From contig JAPLMD010000054.1 in NCBI GenBank assembly GCA_026387235.1, positions 11,437 to 75,436 of the forward strand: a stretch of 64,000 nt of DNA, given 5' to 3'. Position 1 is the first letter of the stretch. Each line of letters begins with the position of its first letter. Both the position numbers and the translations under genes were made by a program. The notes beneath the pieces are model-generated. The model was not told the origin of the DNA and searched no databases. It saw only the letters and a list, made by a program, of their open reading frames with translations. The stretch is from Candidatus Omnitrophota bacterium (lineage in GTDB: Bacteria > Omnitrophota > Gorgyraeia > Gorgyraeales > Gorgyraeaceae). This document shows, piece by piece, positions 9,677 to 20,482 of the stretch.

Positions 9677-10060
9677 TTACTGCGCTTTTTTATTTAGATA
9701 CTCTTTTAATTTTTGCCAGGTTTTAGGCCCGACTTTGCCGTCTGCCTTTAAACCGATTTTAGACTGAAAAGCCTCTATGGCCTTTCTGGTTTTGGGCCCG
9801 GAAATACCGTCTATATTACCTTCGTAAAAATTGGAGTTCTTTAAAGCCTGCTGTATATCCTGGACGCTCGGTTTTTCAACCTCTGCCATTTGAGTAACCG
9901 CGGGTTCTACGGAAACGCTCTGACTGATATTTTCCATAGCTGCGACAGAGGTCTCCTCAGTAACAGCCGGCTCCATGGATAAACTTTCATCCGAGTTTTT
10001 CTTAAGACAGCCTGTTAAAGCTGTCATTAATATAAAAACAATAACAAAACGCATTACCAT
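9677..10060 (-). CDS. Lipoprotein with a PG_binding_1 peptidoglycan-binding domain
   Basis: Lipobox LTGC; IQQALK...IDGISGPKTRKAIEAFQ...DGKVGPKTW. Confidence 0.88.
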   Translation of the reverse strand: MVMRFVIVFILMTALTGCLKKNSDESLSMEPAVTEETSVAAMENISQSVSVEPAVTQMAEVEKPSVQDIQQALKNSNFYEGNIDGISGPKTRKAIEAFQSKIGLKADGKVGPKTWQKLKEYLNKKAQ

Positions 10061-10089
10061 GCTAACCTCCCTTTCGTTTACAAGTATAT

Positions 10090-10470
10090 TTATTTTAGAT
10101 AAGTTGACAGTTTCTCGACTATTTTATCACAGTAATATTTTAAAAATCTGGCTTCATCTTTAGCGGGCATGTTTATAATCTTAACACCATTTATATATCT
10201 TTTGTCTCTATTAGATTTAATATCCCCTATCCATCTTACCTCGGCAACCATAGATACAGGCGGACAGTCATCTTTAAGATCTACTTCAAGCTGCACAAAA
10301 ATCCCGGGTTTCAATAATTCAATAGACTCAAAACACACGCCTTCCGCAGATATGTTCTGCGTCTTCGTAAACTGGAATATCTGCTCATAATCAAGCACCT
10401 TATATTTGGCTTCCAGAATTAATTCAATTCTGGGATATCTTCTTCTTTCCTTGACGAAATCATTAATCAT
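10090..10470 (-). CDS. PilZ-domain (c-di-GMP-binding) protein
   Basis: RxxxR (RRYPR) and NxSxxG (NISAEG) motifs. Confidence 0.85.
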   Translation of the reverse strand: MINDFVKERRRYPRIELILEAKYKVLDYEQIFQFTKTQNISAEGVCFESIELLKPGIFVQLEVDLKDDCPPVSMVAEVRWIGDIKSNRDKRYINGVKIINMPAKDEARFLKYYCDKIVEKLSTYLK

Positions 10471-11198
10471 AACACCCCCATTATCAGTTTTTTTGCCTCA
10501 TTCGGTGTTGCGGATAAGAATCTGAATCTGTGTTCAAATATTTTCAATTCTTTTAAACATTTATCAATATAACAAACCGCATCCGCGTTGCCCCTGTCAA
10601 AAGAGAGCATGGAAACAAAACTTACAAGGGCTTCTTTAAATCTTTTTTTATAAAAAAGTATCTGCCCTATCTTGAAATATGTAGCTCTATTTAAAAAAGG
10701 CCGGTTACAAGCCATATCTGCCACCTTGTTAAAAAATTCATACGCCTTATCAAAATTGCCGTCTCCAAAATATATATCAGCTATCTTAAAGTAGCTAAGG
10801 GCTATCTCATATTGGTCTATATATTTCTTTTCCTCGCAGTTAAGGCCTTCTATGAATTCTATGAATTCCCTCACGCCCTGTTCGGTTTTTAATCTTTCGC
10901 CGCTTATCTTAATATCAAACGTGTTATTGACATATTCTTCTATGACAGAATCTACCCTTTCGACTATATCCTGAAGATAATATCTTGGATTTAGCTTTAA
11001 AGTGCTTCTGTAGTTTTCAATGGCCTGTATGTAAAACTCCGACGCCTTTTCAAAATTTTTCCAATATTTCTCGCGCCGCGCCTTATTATGATAATCAACA
11101 GCTATCTCCAGAATAGGTTTGATTCTCGCGCGCTCGCTGTTCCATTCTTCTAGATTTTTTATCTTTTCTTCTATATTGTTCACATTGTTATCGGTCAT
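10467..11198 (-). CDS. TPR-repeat protein
   Basis: Helical repeats (YFKIADIYFGDGNFDKAYEFF; YFKIGQILFYKKRFKEAL). Start moved to MTDNN at 11198, because the longer ORF overlaps comF. Confidence 0.78.
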   Translation of the reverse strand: MTDNNVNNIEEKIKNLEEWNSERARIKPILEIAVDYHNKARREKYWKNFEKASEFYIQAIENYRSTLKLNPRYYLQDIVERVDSVIEEYVNNTFDIKISGERLKTEQGVREFIEFIEGLNCEEKKYIDQYEIALSYFKIADIYFGDGNFDKAYEFFNKVADMACNRPFLNRATYFKIGQILFYKKRFKEALVSFVSMLSFDRGNADAVCYIDKCLKELKIFEHRFRFLSATPNEAKKLIMGVL

Positions 11199-11300
11199 AC
11201 TTGAATAATATAGCATAAAAATGTAAACATGTGAAGAAAGAAATTTTTGTCCAAGTAACTGTAGGTTGATTTTATTAATCCATTGTGCTATATTTATCAT

Positions 11301-12017
11301 ATGTTAGGAGCGCTGATAAATCTACTTTATCCTGTCCTGTGCAGAGTCTGTTCTGAAAAAATAAATGAATTCGACCGTAATATATGCGCTGATTGCGCCA
11401 AAAAGATAAAAGAGCGGCTCCCTCCTTTCTGCATAAAATGCGGAAGGCAGCTCAAAGGAGATCCTGAATTAATGGCTGTATGCCCGGACTGTAAAAAACA
11501 TGCTCCGTATTTTGACAGGGCATGGTCAGCTTGCCATTACGATAATCCGTTAAAAGGCCTTATCCATGATTTCAAATATAAGAAAATATCCTCTCTTTCA
11601 ACAGATTTTACGGCTCTAATTATTGATTTCATGAAAAAATATAACGTCGGCAAAGATTGTCAGATGATTTTATCCATACCAATGCATTCTCGTAGATTAT
11701 TCAAAAGAGAAATTAACCATTCCGACATACTGGCGCAGGGATTAGGAAAAAAGCTGGGTATTTCGTACTCCTCAAACACGCTAAAGAAAACAAAAGATAC
11801 ATTATTTCAAAGTAAACTCAAAAGAGAAGCCAGAATAAAAAATCTCCATTTAAGCTTCTCTCTAAAAGACAGCTCAATTGTCCGCAATAAAAATATACTA
11901 CTTATAGATGACCTTTTCACTACAGGATCCACTGTCAATGAATGCTCAAGGCTTCTTAAAAATTCAGGCGCGCGATACGTGGAAGTAATAACGCTGGCGC
12001 GAGGAGACAGCATATGA
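11301..12017 (+). CDS. comF: ComF-family amidophosphoribosyltransferase with zinc ribbons
   Basis: Four CxxC motifs; LIDDLFTTGST PRPP-binding motif. Confidence 0.9.
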   Translation: MLGALINLLYPVLCRVCSEKINEFDRNICADCAKKIKERLPPFCIKCGRQLKGDPELMAVCPDCKKHAPYFDRAWSACHYDNPLKGLIHDFKYKKISSLSTDFTALIIDFMKKYNVGKDCQMILSIPMHSRRLFKREINHSDILAQGLGKKLGISYSSNTLKKTKDTLFQSKLKREARIKNLHLSFSLKDSSIVRNKNILLIDDLFTTGSTVNECSRLLKNSGARYVEVITLARGDSI

Positions 12018-13111
12018 AGATACTGCGCAAGTATATAATAAAAGAAATTATTGTCATGTTTTTATTTTCTCTTGCCATATTCACCTTTACTCTGGTAGTA
12101 GGAAATATCATAAAGCTCGCGGAGTTAGTAATAAACAAAGGCGTGGATATAAGGCTCATAGGCAGGCTATTTCTTTATCTCATCCCATTTTTATTAAGCT
12201 ACACCATACCCATGTCCATATTGACTTCCGTGCTGCTGGTGTTCGGCAGGCTTTCCGGAGACAATGAAATCGTGGCTATCCGCTCAAGCGGTATAAATAT
12301 CTACAGACTGAGTTTTCCACTGCTTGTGATAGGCCTATTGCTCAGCATTCTCTCTATAGTATTAAATAACGACGTAATACCGAACATGCACTTTGAATCC
12401 AGGAAGATCATAAAAAATATAGGGATAAAAACTCCGGCTGCGTATCTCGAACCGGGCATATTTATAAAAAGTTTCAAAGGTTATATAATATTCATACATG
12501 AAATAGGCGGAAATAAGCTAAAAGGCGTACGCATATATCAGCCGCAGGATGAACATTCCACCAGGACCATAATAGCCGAAAAGGGGGAATTCATAACGCT
12601 TGATAATCAGAATGCGGTAAAATTAAAGCTTATAAACGGCACAAGCGATGAGCCAAATCCTAAAAATCCTATAAATTTCTATAAATTGAATTTCAAAACA
12701 TATTATTTGACCCTAAACATAGACGAATCAATAGCGTCCAGCGGTTACATGGAGAAAAAACCCAAGGAAATGAATTTTCAGGAAATAAAAAATGAAATCA
12801 AAAAACTTGGTACATATCACGTTGATACGCCAAACCTCATTACAGAATTTCACAGAAAGATTTCCATATCTTTTGCGAGCCTAATTTTTATAATCATAGG
12901 TATACCTCTGGGCATATTTACCAGTCGCGGAGAAAAAACCATACAGTTCGCCATAGCGCTGGGGGTAATTGTGGTATATTATCTATTAATGGCCCTGAGC
13001 ATAGCTCTATCTTTAAAAGGCATTTGGAGCCCTGGATTCTGGATGTATATGCCGAATATAATAATTGGCGCGGCTGGAATAATATTATTAAGAAAAACCA
13101 TAGAAACCTGA
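12014..13111 (+). CDS. lptF: LPS export ABC permease LptF
   Basis: RLSGDNEIVAIRSSGI signature; 6 TM; tandem with a paralog. Confidence 0.85.
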   Translation: MKILRKYIIKEIIVMFLFSLAIFTFTLVVGNIIKLAELVINKGVDIRLIGRLFLYLIPFLLSYTIPMSILTSVLLVFGRLSGDNEIVAIRSSGINIYRLSFPLLVIGLLLSILSIVLNNDVIPNMHFESRKIIKNIGIKTPAAYLEPGIFIKSFKGYIIFIHEIGGNKLKGVRIYQPQDEHSTRTIIAEKGEFITLDNQNAVKLKLINGTSDEPNPKNPINFYKLNFKTYYLTLNIDESIASSGYMEKKPKEMNFQEIKNEIKKLGTYHVDTPNLITEFHRKISISFASLIFIIIGIPLGIFTSRGEKTIQFAIALGVIVVYYLLMALSIALSLKGIWSPGFWMYMPNIIIGAAGIILLRKTIET

Positions 13112-13112
13112 C

Positions 13113-14207
13113 ATGCGAATATTAGACAAATACATAGCTAAATATTTTATACTGCCTCTTCTATACTGTCTTCTGGCGTTTATCGTCCTATACGTAATTA
13201 TAGACCTTTTCGGGCGCCTAGATGAAATTCTGAAACAAAATATCCGGCTGGGAATACTGTGGGAATACTATATATCAATGATACCTATCATCATCATACA
13301 AACAACTCCTGTGGCAAGCCTAATCTCCACTATATATGTCTTAGGCACACTGAATAAATATGGAGAAATAACAGCTATGCGAGCAGCCGGAATAAGCATA
13401 TACAGAATACTGATGCCCTTTATATACATCGGGTTTACCATAACAATACTGATATTCGGCGTATCCGAGAAAATCCTTCCGCAAAGCATGAGAAAGGCAG
13501 AATCAATAAAAGAAAACTCCATAGAAAATATTGATAAAAATAAACCTGTTAATAAAAAAATAATTTCCAATATTGCGCTATACAGCAAAAATAACCGTCT
13601 CATATTTATAGACAATTTCGACGCCTCTTCTAAAACAGCAATGGGCATTACCATACTGGAACAGGACAAAAAAGATAACGTGTCATTAAAGATAAACGCT
13701 CATGAAGCAAAATGGCTTGGCGGGAAATGGCTTTTTTCAAACATACTGATGTATAAATTGGACGATAAAGGAGCGGTAATAGGTTCTCCTGAATTTTTTC
13801 AGGAAAAAACAATTACCATGGAAAGCCCTAAAGACCTCATAGCTAAAGGTACAAATTATGAATACATGAGTTTTCACGATTTATCAAATTATATAAAGAA
13901 TTTTTCTGAAGCCTCTCCGAAATTAATCGCAAGACTCCGCGTAGACCTGCATCAGAAAATAAGTCTTCCTTTTATAAGCCTCGTGGTAATATTAATAGGG
14001 GCTGGTTTTGCATTAAGGACAAGACAAAGAGGCAAGGCCACCGCCCTGTTGGGCATAGGCATGAGCATAGTAATAGGCTTTATCTATTACGCCTTTATGG
14101 CGAGCTGCATAGCCCTCGGTAAAAGCGAAGCGCTTCCGCCTTTCCTCTCAGCCCACCTGGCAAACATATTATTTGGATTAATTGGAATAATATTGATAAG
14201 AAATTAA
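13113..14207 (+). CDS. lptG: LPS export ABC permease LptG
   Basis: MRILDKYI, GEITAMRAAGIS, LPPFLSAHLANILF. Confidence 0.85.
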   Translation: MRILDKYIAKYFILPLLYCLLAFIVLYVIIDLFGRLDEILKQNIRLGILWEYYISMIPIIIIQTTPVASLISTIYVLGTLNKYGEITAMRAAGISIYRILMPFIYIGFTITILIFGVSEKILPQSMRKAESIKENSIENIDKNKPVNKKIISNIALYSKNNRLIFIDNFDASSKTAMGITILEQDKKDNVSLKINAHEAKWLGGKWLFSNILMYKLDDKGAVIGSPEFFQEKTITMESPKDLIAKGTNYEYMSFHDLSNYIKNFSEASPKLIARLRVDLHQKISLPFISLVVILIGAGFALRTRQRGKATALLGIGMSIVIGFIYYAFMASCIALGKSEALPPFLSAHLANILFGLIGIILIRN

Positions 14208-14211
14208 TTAT

Positions 14212-15468
14212 CTAGGTGCCGAGTTCCCAGCTGGAAAGATATTTTTTCTGAAACGGAGTGAGGACATCTATCCGGACGCCCATGCTTTTAAGCTTAAGCC
14301 TGGCTATTTCTTTATCTATTTCTTCGGGCATTCTGTAAACCTTTTTATTTAGCCTTTTATGATTCTTTACGAGATATTCCGCGGCAAGCGCCTGATTCGC
14401 AAAACTCATGTCCATGACTATAGCAGGATGGCCTTCAGCGCAAGCAAGATTTACGAGCCTGCCCTCGCCTAAAAGATTAATACGCCTCCCATCTTTTAGA
14501 AGATATTCTTCAACGCCGCTACGGATAACACGTTTCTTAGAGCTCATCTTTTCAAGAGCAATTATATCTATCTCAACATTGAAATGGCCTGAGTTGGCGA
14601 CTATTGCTCCGCCCTTCATCGCTTTAAAATGTTTTCCAGCTATAACCGTAGTATTGCCTGTCAGGGTTACAAATAAATCTCCTTTTTTAGCGGCTTCACT
14701 CATCGGCATTACTGAATAGCCGTCCATTACTGCTTCCAGGGCCTTTGTAGAATCTATTTCTGTAACTATAACATTGGCTCCCATGCCTCTTGCGCGCATG
14801 GCAAATCCCCTGCCGCACCATCCATAACCAAGCACAACTACAATTTTACCTGCCAAGAGAATATTTGTAGCCCTGATAATCCCATCCACTGTTGACTGAC
14901 CCGTGCCGTAGCGATTGTCAAAAAGATGTTTAGTATCTGCATCGTTCACAGCAATTACAGGAAAAAGAAGTTTTTTATTCTGCTCCAGACTCCTCAACCT
15001 TATTATCCCTGTAGTAGTTTCTTCTGTGCTGCCAAGTATATCCGGCACAAGGTCTAGCCTGGATTTATGAATAGTAGAAACAAGATCCGCGCCGTCATCC
15101 ATTGTCACGTTCGGCTTCAATTCCAGAGAACTCTCTATATGAGAATAATAAACTTTATTATCCTCTCCTCTTCTTGCGAAAACAGGTATGTTAAAATCTT
15201 TTACCAGAGACGCAGCCACATCATCCTGAGTACTGAGAGGATTAGAAGCACAGAGATTTACATCAGCTCCTCCTGTTTTTAAGGTATCCATTAAAACCGC
15301 TGTCTCTGTAGTCACGTGAAGGCAGCAGCTGACCTTTATGCCTTTCAACGGCTTTTCTTTGGAGAATCTTGTTCTTATAAGGTTCAATACAGGCATGTTT
15401 TCATTTGCCCATTCTATCCTTAATTTTCCGGTGGAAGCTAATTTTATACTACTTATGTCGTATTTCAT
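14212..15468 (-). CDS. ahcY: S-adenosylhomocysteine hydrolase
   Basis: [46 protein letters not shown]. Start at 15468 or 15477. Confidence 0.96.
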   Translation of the reverse strand: MKYDISSIKLASTGKLRIEWANENMPVLNLIRTRFSKEKPLKGIKVSCCLHVTTETAVLMDTLKTGGADVNLCASNPLSTQDDVAASLVKDFNIPVFARRGEDNKVYYSHIESSLELKPNVTMDDGADLVSTIHKSRLDLVPDILGSTEETTTGIIRLRSLEQNKKLLFPVIAVNDADTKHLFDNRYGTGQSTVDGIIRATNILLAGKIVVVLGYGWCGRGFAMRARGMGANVIVTEIDSTKALEAVMDGYSVMPMSEAAKKGDLFVTLTGNTTVIAGKHFKAMKGGAIVANSGHFNVEIDIIALEKMSSKKRVIRSGVEEYLLKDGRRINLLGEGRLVNLACAEGHPAIVMDMSFANQALAAEYLVKNHKRLNKKVYRMPEEIDKEIARLKLKSMGVRIDVLTPFQKKYLSSWELGT

Positions 15469-15469
15469 G

Positions 15470-16633
15470 TTAAACACATCCTTTTCTCAAAAGATCTACC
15501 TTGTCTGTCTCTTCCCATGTAAAGCCTTCTTCCTCGCGGCCAAAATGCCCGTAAGCAGCTGTCTTCCTATATATAGGCTTAAGAAGATCCAGCTCTGTTA
15601 TTATGCCTCTCGGCGTCAAATCAAAATGTTCCTGCACCAGCTTTGACATATTTCCTTCTGAAATTTTGCTCGTTCCGAAAGTTTCGACCATTACCGCTAA
15701 CGGCTCTGCCTTTCCTATAACATAGGCAAGCTGAATGCAGCATTTCTTGGCAAGGCCTGCGGCTACTATATTTTTCGCAACATATCTCGCCATGTACGCG
15801 GCTGAACGGTCAACCTTTGTAGGATCCTTGCCTGAAAAAGCCCCACCGCCATGAGATATGATGCCGCCGTACGTATCCACTACTATTTTTCTCCCTGTCA
15901 TGCCCGTGTCAGACTGCGGCCCGCCTATTAAAAACTTGCCTGTCTGATTTACATAATATTTTGTATCGTCGTCAACAAGCTTGCCCAATACAGGCTTTGC
16001 TATCTTTTCTATAATCTCTTTTCTTGCTTTCTCGGTTATATGCTCTCCGCTTTTATCCAGTATTTCTTCTGTGTGCTGACACGCAAGAACAACTGAATTT
16101 ATCTTGACTGCCTTGCCGTCTTTGTACTCAACCGTTACCTGGCTTTTAGAGTCAGGCCCGAGATATTTCAGCGTTTTATTTTTCCTCAACTCTGCCATTT
16201 TCCTGACAAGCTTATGCGCCAGCATAATCGGTAAAGGCATCAGTTCTGGCGTCTCATCGCACGCATATCCCACCATAAAACCCTGGTCGCCTGCGCCGCC
16301 TTTATCAACACCCTGCGCAATGTCAGGAGATTGAGAATGTATCGTGTTTACAACAGCGCATGTCTTATAATCCATGCCATATTTAGGGTCTGTGTAGCCT
16401 ATTTCCTTAACCACTCTCCTTGCGGTATTAATTATGTCTACATAAGCAGTGGTGGTAATTTCCCCTCCCACTATAATAAGGCCCATCGTCACAAACGTTT
16501 CGCATGCAACCCGGCCTCTTGAATCCTGGCGTAAAACCTCATCCAATATCGAATCTGAAATCTGATCGCAAAGTTTATCAGGATGACCCTCTCCGACTGA
16601 TTCTGAAGTAATGTAATATTTTCCTTTAGGCAT
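15470..16633 (-). CDS. metK: S-adenosylmethionine synthetase
   Basis: [26 protein letters not shown]. Confidence 0.97.
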   Translation of the reverse strand: MPKGKYYITSESVGEGHPDKLCDQISDSILDEVLRQDSRGRVACETFVTMGLIIVGGEITTTAYVDIINTARRVVKEIGYTDPKYGMDYKTCAVVNTIHSQSPDIAQGVDKGGAGDQGFMVGYACDETPELMPLPIMLAHKLVRKMAELRKNKTLKYLGPDSKSQVTVEYKDGKAVKINSVVLACQHTEEILDKSGEHITEKARKEIIEKIAKPVLGKLVDDDTKYYVNQTGKFLIGGPQSDTGMTGRKIVVDTYGGIISHGGGAFSGKDPTKVDRSAAYMARYVAKNIVAAGLAKKCCIQLAYVIGKAEPLAVMVETFGTSKISEGNMSKLVQEHFDLTPRGIITELDLLKPIYRKTAAYGHFGREEEGFTWEETDKVDLLRKGCV

Positions 16634-16636
16634 TTT

Positions 16637-17380
16637 TTAATCCTTTCTGAATTCTTTATCAGCCTCTTCTAACGATTTTTTATCCCCTATGTCAAACCAC
16701 TTTTTATCTTTAAACGCGTAACCAAATACCGATTCTCTTTTGTAGAGCCATTCCAGAAAATAACCCGGCGCGTCTTTAGCGTTATCCATTTCCAGATATC
16801 TCTTCATTATGTCCAATCTTTCCTTTGGAAAGAAATAAAGGCACATAGCTGCAAGAGTAGACGGAGGATTGGCAGGTTTTTCCCTAAAATCAACGATCTT
16901 ATTATTTTTATCAATAGATACTATACCGTATTTTTTCGCGAGAAGCAAATCTTTTATATCATAAATGCCTATTGTAATAGAGGGCCTTTTCGAAACGCAA
17001 AAATCTGTAAATACAGAAAGATCTGCCTTGAAAAGGTTATCTCCGGCCAGGACCAGCAAATCATCCTTTACATTTCTTTTCTCTATGACAAATTCTATGT
17101 CTCCTGTAGCTCCGAGCCTCGTTTCATTGGAAGTTGTGCCATCGTCTACAATAGTTATTTTCTTTAAACTCTTGAAACCCCGTTTCCAGTCCTCAAAGAT
17201 CTGATAAAATTTTTCATTTGTTACAATAAAAACCTCGTCCGCCTGTTTCAAAGGTTCGATAAGATCAAATATGTATTCCAGAACAGTCTTGCCTGCTACC
17301 GCGAGAAGCGGTTTCGGAGTATCTAAGGTCAATGGATACAGCCTGGTAGCGTATCCTGCGGCTAATAATAAAACCTTCAT
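16637..17380 (-). CDS. Sugar-phosphate nucleotidyltransferase
   Basis: LLAAGYATRLYPLT-PKPLL, GDN, EKP, WFDIG. Confidence 0.9.
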   Translation of the reverse strand: MKVLLLAAGYATRLYPLTLDTPKPLLAVAGKTVLEYIFDLIEPLKQADEVFIVTNEKFYQIFEDWKRGFKSLKKITIVDDGTTSNETRLGATGDIEFVIEKRNVKDDLLVLAGDNLFKADLSVFTDFCVSKRPSITIGIYDIKDLLLAKKYGIVSIDKNNKIVDFREKPANPPSTLAAMCLYFFPKERLDIMKRYLEMDNAKDAPGYFLEWLYKRESVFGYAFKDKKWFDIGDKKSLEEADKEFRKD

Positions 17381-18444
17381 ATTTTTCCTAGTTCTTTTTT
17401 CAGGTAATCTATTGTTTCTACCGGAGTCGGGTCAATATTATTGAGAATGGCCAGATAAAAACTCACAAAATCTCCTATATACATAAGAGAATATATCCTT
17501 GCGAGCCTTTCGCCCTTTTCTCTTTCTAATACAATAACCTCCGCTCCTGATTTTTCTATAATCTCTTTGGAAATTCTTATGCGTTCTTTTGTCCTACTGC
17601 GATCATCTTTATCGCAGAGCATTATGACCTTAAAATCCTTAAGAAGCTTTTCCGGAAATTTCCAGCCCACTATCTCATTATGATTCATTTCGGGCAGCGT
17701 ATTGCTGGATGAAAGCGCCTTTCCGTTCTCCGCGATCTGCTCTCTCCATCTATAGCTTATAGCTTCCGTAGTATCAGCCGTGCCGTATATTACGGAATAT
17801 CTTTTGTAAAGTTTAACAGCTATCTGCTTGGAGATATTTTTTTGCGCCGGAACGTCAAAACCCGCCTCTTTATCCCTGATATCGGAAAGAACGGAATACA
17901 GTTCTTTCACATCATTTTCTTTACCTTTTACTAGCCCGAGTTTCACTAAAACACCAAGCATTGTTATGGACATATAACCGATAGCTGCCCTGGGAGGGTA
18001 TCCCGGAGGAATCAGTATATGAGTGACATTATTTTTAAAAGACAGTTCCTTTAATTTTCCTCCTGCGCCCATTGTTATTATAAAAGCTTTTCTCTCTAGG
18101 CCCTGCTCAAAACAGGAAAGCGTTTCTTCCGTAGCCCCGGAATAACTTGAACATAATAAAAGCGTATTCTCATTTACAAAATCAGGCAAGGTATAATTGC
18201 GGCATATCGATACAGGTATTTTAAGTTCACTCCCTGAATAAACTTTAACAAGATCAGCCCCTATGCCGGATCCTCCTACGCCTGCGAATACTATATTGTT
18301 TATTTTTACTGCTGGTTTATTTATATTGCCGGAGATCCCGATGCGATAGGCATCAGCGCATTGTTCCGGCAGGCCTGAAATAAACTTCAGCATATTTGAA
18401 CGGTCCAGCTTTTTTATGAGTTTCAGATTGTCCAGTTTATTCAT
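17377..18444 (-). CDS. Bifunctional phosphoglucose/phosphomannose isomerase
   Basis: SIS domain GVGGSG, SYSG-TEET, PRAA, ENGK, PEMNHNEIVGW. Confidence 0.92.
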   Translation of the reverse strand: MNKLDNLKLIKKLDRSNMLKFISGLPEQCADAYRIGISGNINKPAVKINNIVFAGVGGSGIGADLVKVYSGSELKIPVSICRNYTLPDFVNENTLLLCSSYSGATEETLSCFEQGLERKAFIITMGAGGKLKELSFKNNVTHILIPPGYPPRAAIGYMSITMLGVLVKLGLVKGKENDVKELYSVLSDIRDKEAGFDVPAQKNISKQIAVKLYKRYSVIYGTADTTEAISYRWREQIAENGKALSSSNTLPEMNHNEIVGWKFPEKLLKDFKVIMLCDKDDRSRTKERIRISKEIIEKSGAEVIVLEREKGERLARIYSLMYIGDFVSFYLAILNNIDPTPVETIDYLKKELGKI

Positions 18445-18456
18445 GCCGAAAATTTT

Positions 18457-20208
18457 TTATTGTTTTTTGGTCTTCTTGAGCCATGGGATAAGCTCGTTCA
18501 GCCGTTTATTTGTGAAAGTCTCTATCTCTTCGCCTGTAGACAAGGTCAACGCCTCTTCCGCGACTTTTCTGGCATCCTCAAATTTCACATTACTTATGAC
18601 GTATTTCATCTCAGGAACTACTACAGGGCTCATGCTAAATTCATCCAGCCCAAGCCCAAGCAATATAAGGACGAATCCGGACTCCGCTGCCATCTCTCCG
18701 CACATTCCTACCCATATATTTTCTTTGTGCCCTGAATCTATTATATTTTTTATAAGCCTGAGCACTGCCGGATGCGTAGGTTTGTACAGATAAGCTATTT
18801 TTTCATTAGCCCTGTCTACTGCCAGGGAATATTGTATAAGGTCATTGGTTCCTATGCTGAAAAAGTCCACTTCCTTGGCCAAAAGGTCGCAGGTAAGCGC
18901 GGCTGACGGGATTTCTATCATTGCCCCTACTTCTATGTCCTGGTTAAAATTTATCTTTTTATTTCTCAATTCTTGTTTTGCTTCCTCTAAAACTTTTATA
19001 GCCTGCCTTAGTTCTCCGAGTCCGGATATCATAGGAAACATGATTTTTATATTTCCGAATGCGCTCGCGCGCAGTATCGCCCTTAATTGGACCTTAAACA
19101 CCTCCGGCTTCGCAAGGCAGAATCTTATAGCCCTCCACCCGAGAAACGGGTTCATCTCATGCGGAACTTTAAGCTGCGATAAAAATTTATCACCGCCGAG
19201 ATCAAGCGTGCGTATTATAACAGGGCTTTTAGAAAGTTTGGCGCCTACTTTTTTATACGCCTCAAATTGTTCTTCCTCGCCAGGAGCATCGTTTCTGTTC
19301 ATGTAAAGAAATTCTGTGCGGTACAGGCCTATACCTTCCGCGCCATGCGCGATAACAGAATCAACCTCATCAGGCAATTCAATGTTTGCCGATATCTCTA
19401 CCCTGTGGCCGTCAATAGTATTAGCAATTGTATCTTTAAAATCCAGAAGCGTTTTTTCGAACTCTGCGAACTTCTGCTGCTTTGCCTCATATTTTTTAAG
19501 AATTAATTTGTCCGGATTTATTATTACAATGCCGTCCGCTCCGTCCACTATCAGGGTATCCCCTGTCTTTATTTTAGCTGTTGCCTTTTCAAGGCCTACT
19601 ACAGCCGGAATCTCCAGGGATTTTGCCATAATCGCGGTATGAGAAGTCCTGCCGCCTATATCGGTAATGAATCCTATAACATTCTTCTTGTGCATATTAG
19701 CGGTATCGGAAGGTGAAATATCATACGCAACCACTATCACCGGTTCTTTTAAATCGCTAAGGGTTTTTTCCTGCGCGCCTATAAGATTTTTTAGAATCCT
19801 CTTGCCCACGTCTTCTATATCACTGGACCTTTCCTTCAGATATTCGTCATTCATCTTTGAAAAGACCTTTATATATTTACCGATAACTTTTGAAAATATA
19901 TATTCCACGCATTTGCGCTCTTTCTTGAGGCCCTGTATAACTTCCTCTATCAGCGTCCTGTCCTCCAAGACAAGCAAATGCGCGTTGAATATCTCCGCGT
20001 GCTGAGCTTCCATCTCGCGCGAAATTTTTTTCTGTATAGTAAGTATCTCCGAACGTGTCTTGATAAGAGCTTCTTCAAAGCGGACAATCTCAGAAGGGAC
20101 AGCATCCTGCTTAATATCCTTTTCAGTTACTATAAGCTGCCTTATATCAAACAAAAAGGCTTTGCCTACGGCTATCCCAGGCGAAGCCGGTATGCCTTTT
20201 AATAACAT
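18457..20208 (-). CDS. ptsI: PTS enzyme I
   Basis: GGRTSHTAIMA, GLYRTEF, RTLDLGGDK, SIGTNDL, CGE. Confidence 0.96.
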   Translation of the reverse strand: MLLKGIPASPGIAVGKAFLFDIRQLIVTEKDIKQDAVPSEIVRFEEALIKTRSEILTIQKKISREMEAQHAEIFNAHLLVLEDRTLIEEVIQGLKKERKCVEYIFSKVIGKYIKVFSKMNDEYLKERSSDIEDVGKRILKNLIGAQEKTLSDLKEPVIVVAYDISPSDTANMHKKNVIGFITDIGGRTSHTAIMAKSLEIPAVVGLEKATAKIKTGDTLIVDGADGIVIINPDKLILKKYEAKQQKFAEFEKTLLDFKDTIANTIDGHRVEISANIELPDEVDSVIAHGAEGIGLYRTEFLYMNRNDAPGEEEQFEAYKKVGAKLSKSPVIIRTLDLGGDKFLSQLKVPHEMNPFLGWRAIRFCLAKPEVFKVQLRAILRASAFGNIKIMFPMISGLGELRQAIKVLEEAKQELRNKKINFNQDIEVGAMIEIPSAALTCDLLAKEVDFFSIGTNDLIQYSLAVDRANEKIAYLYKPTHPAVLRLIKNIIDSGHKENIWVGMCGEMAAESGFVLILLGLGLDEFSMSPVVVPEMKYVISNVKFEDARKVAEEALTLSTGEEIETFTNKRLNELIPWLKKTKKQ

Positions 20209-20471
20209 TATGGCGTTTCTCCTAATATTATTTTTTCAAGTTCCTCAATCGCTTCTTTTGCGTCAGGGCCATTTGCTTTTATATGAAGTTTGGCGCCTTT
20301 TTCTACCGCGAGAGTCAATAAACCCATTATGGACTTCCCGTTGACTTCTTGCCTGCCTTTTTTTACAACGATATCGCTTTCGTATTTATTGGCTATCTGC
20401 ACGAATATCGCCGCAGGCCTGGCATGAAGCCCTTGCTCATTTTGAATGATTAATTTTTTTTCTATCAGCAT
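20208..20471 (-). CDS. ptsH: Phosphocarrier HPr
   Basis: GLHARPAA (His15), GKSIMG (Ser46). Confidence 0.94.
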   Translation of the reverse strand: MLIEKKLIIQNEQGLHARPAAIFVQIANKYESDIVVKKGRQEVNGKSIMGLLTLAVEKGAKLHIKANGPDAKEAIEELEKIILGETP

Positions 20472-20482
20472 GACAAATTCAC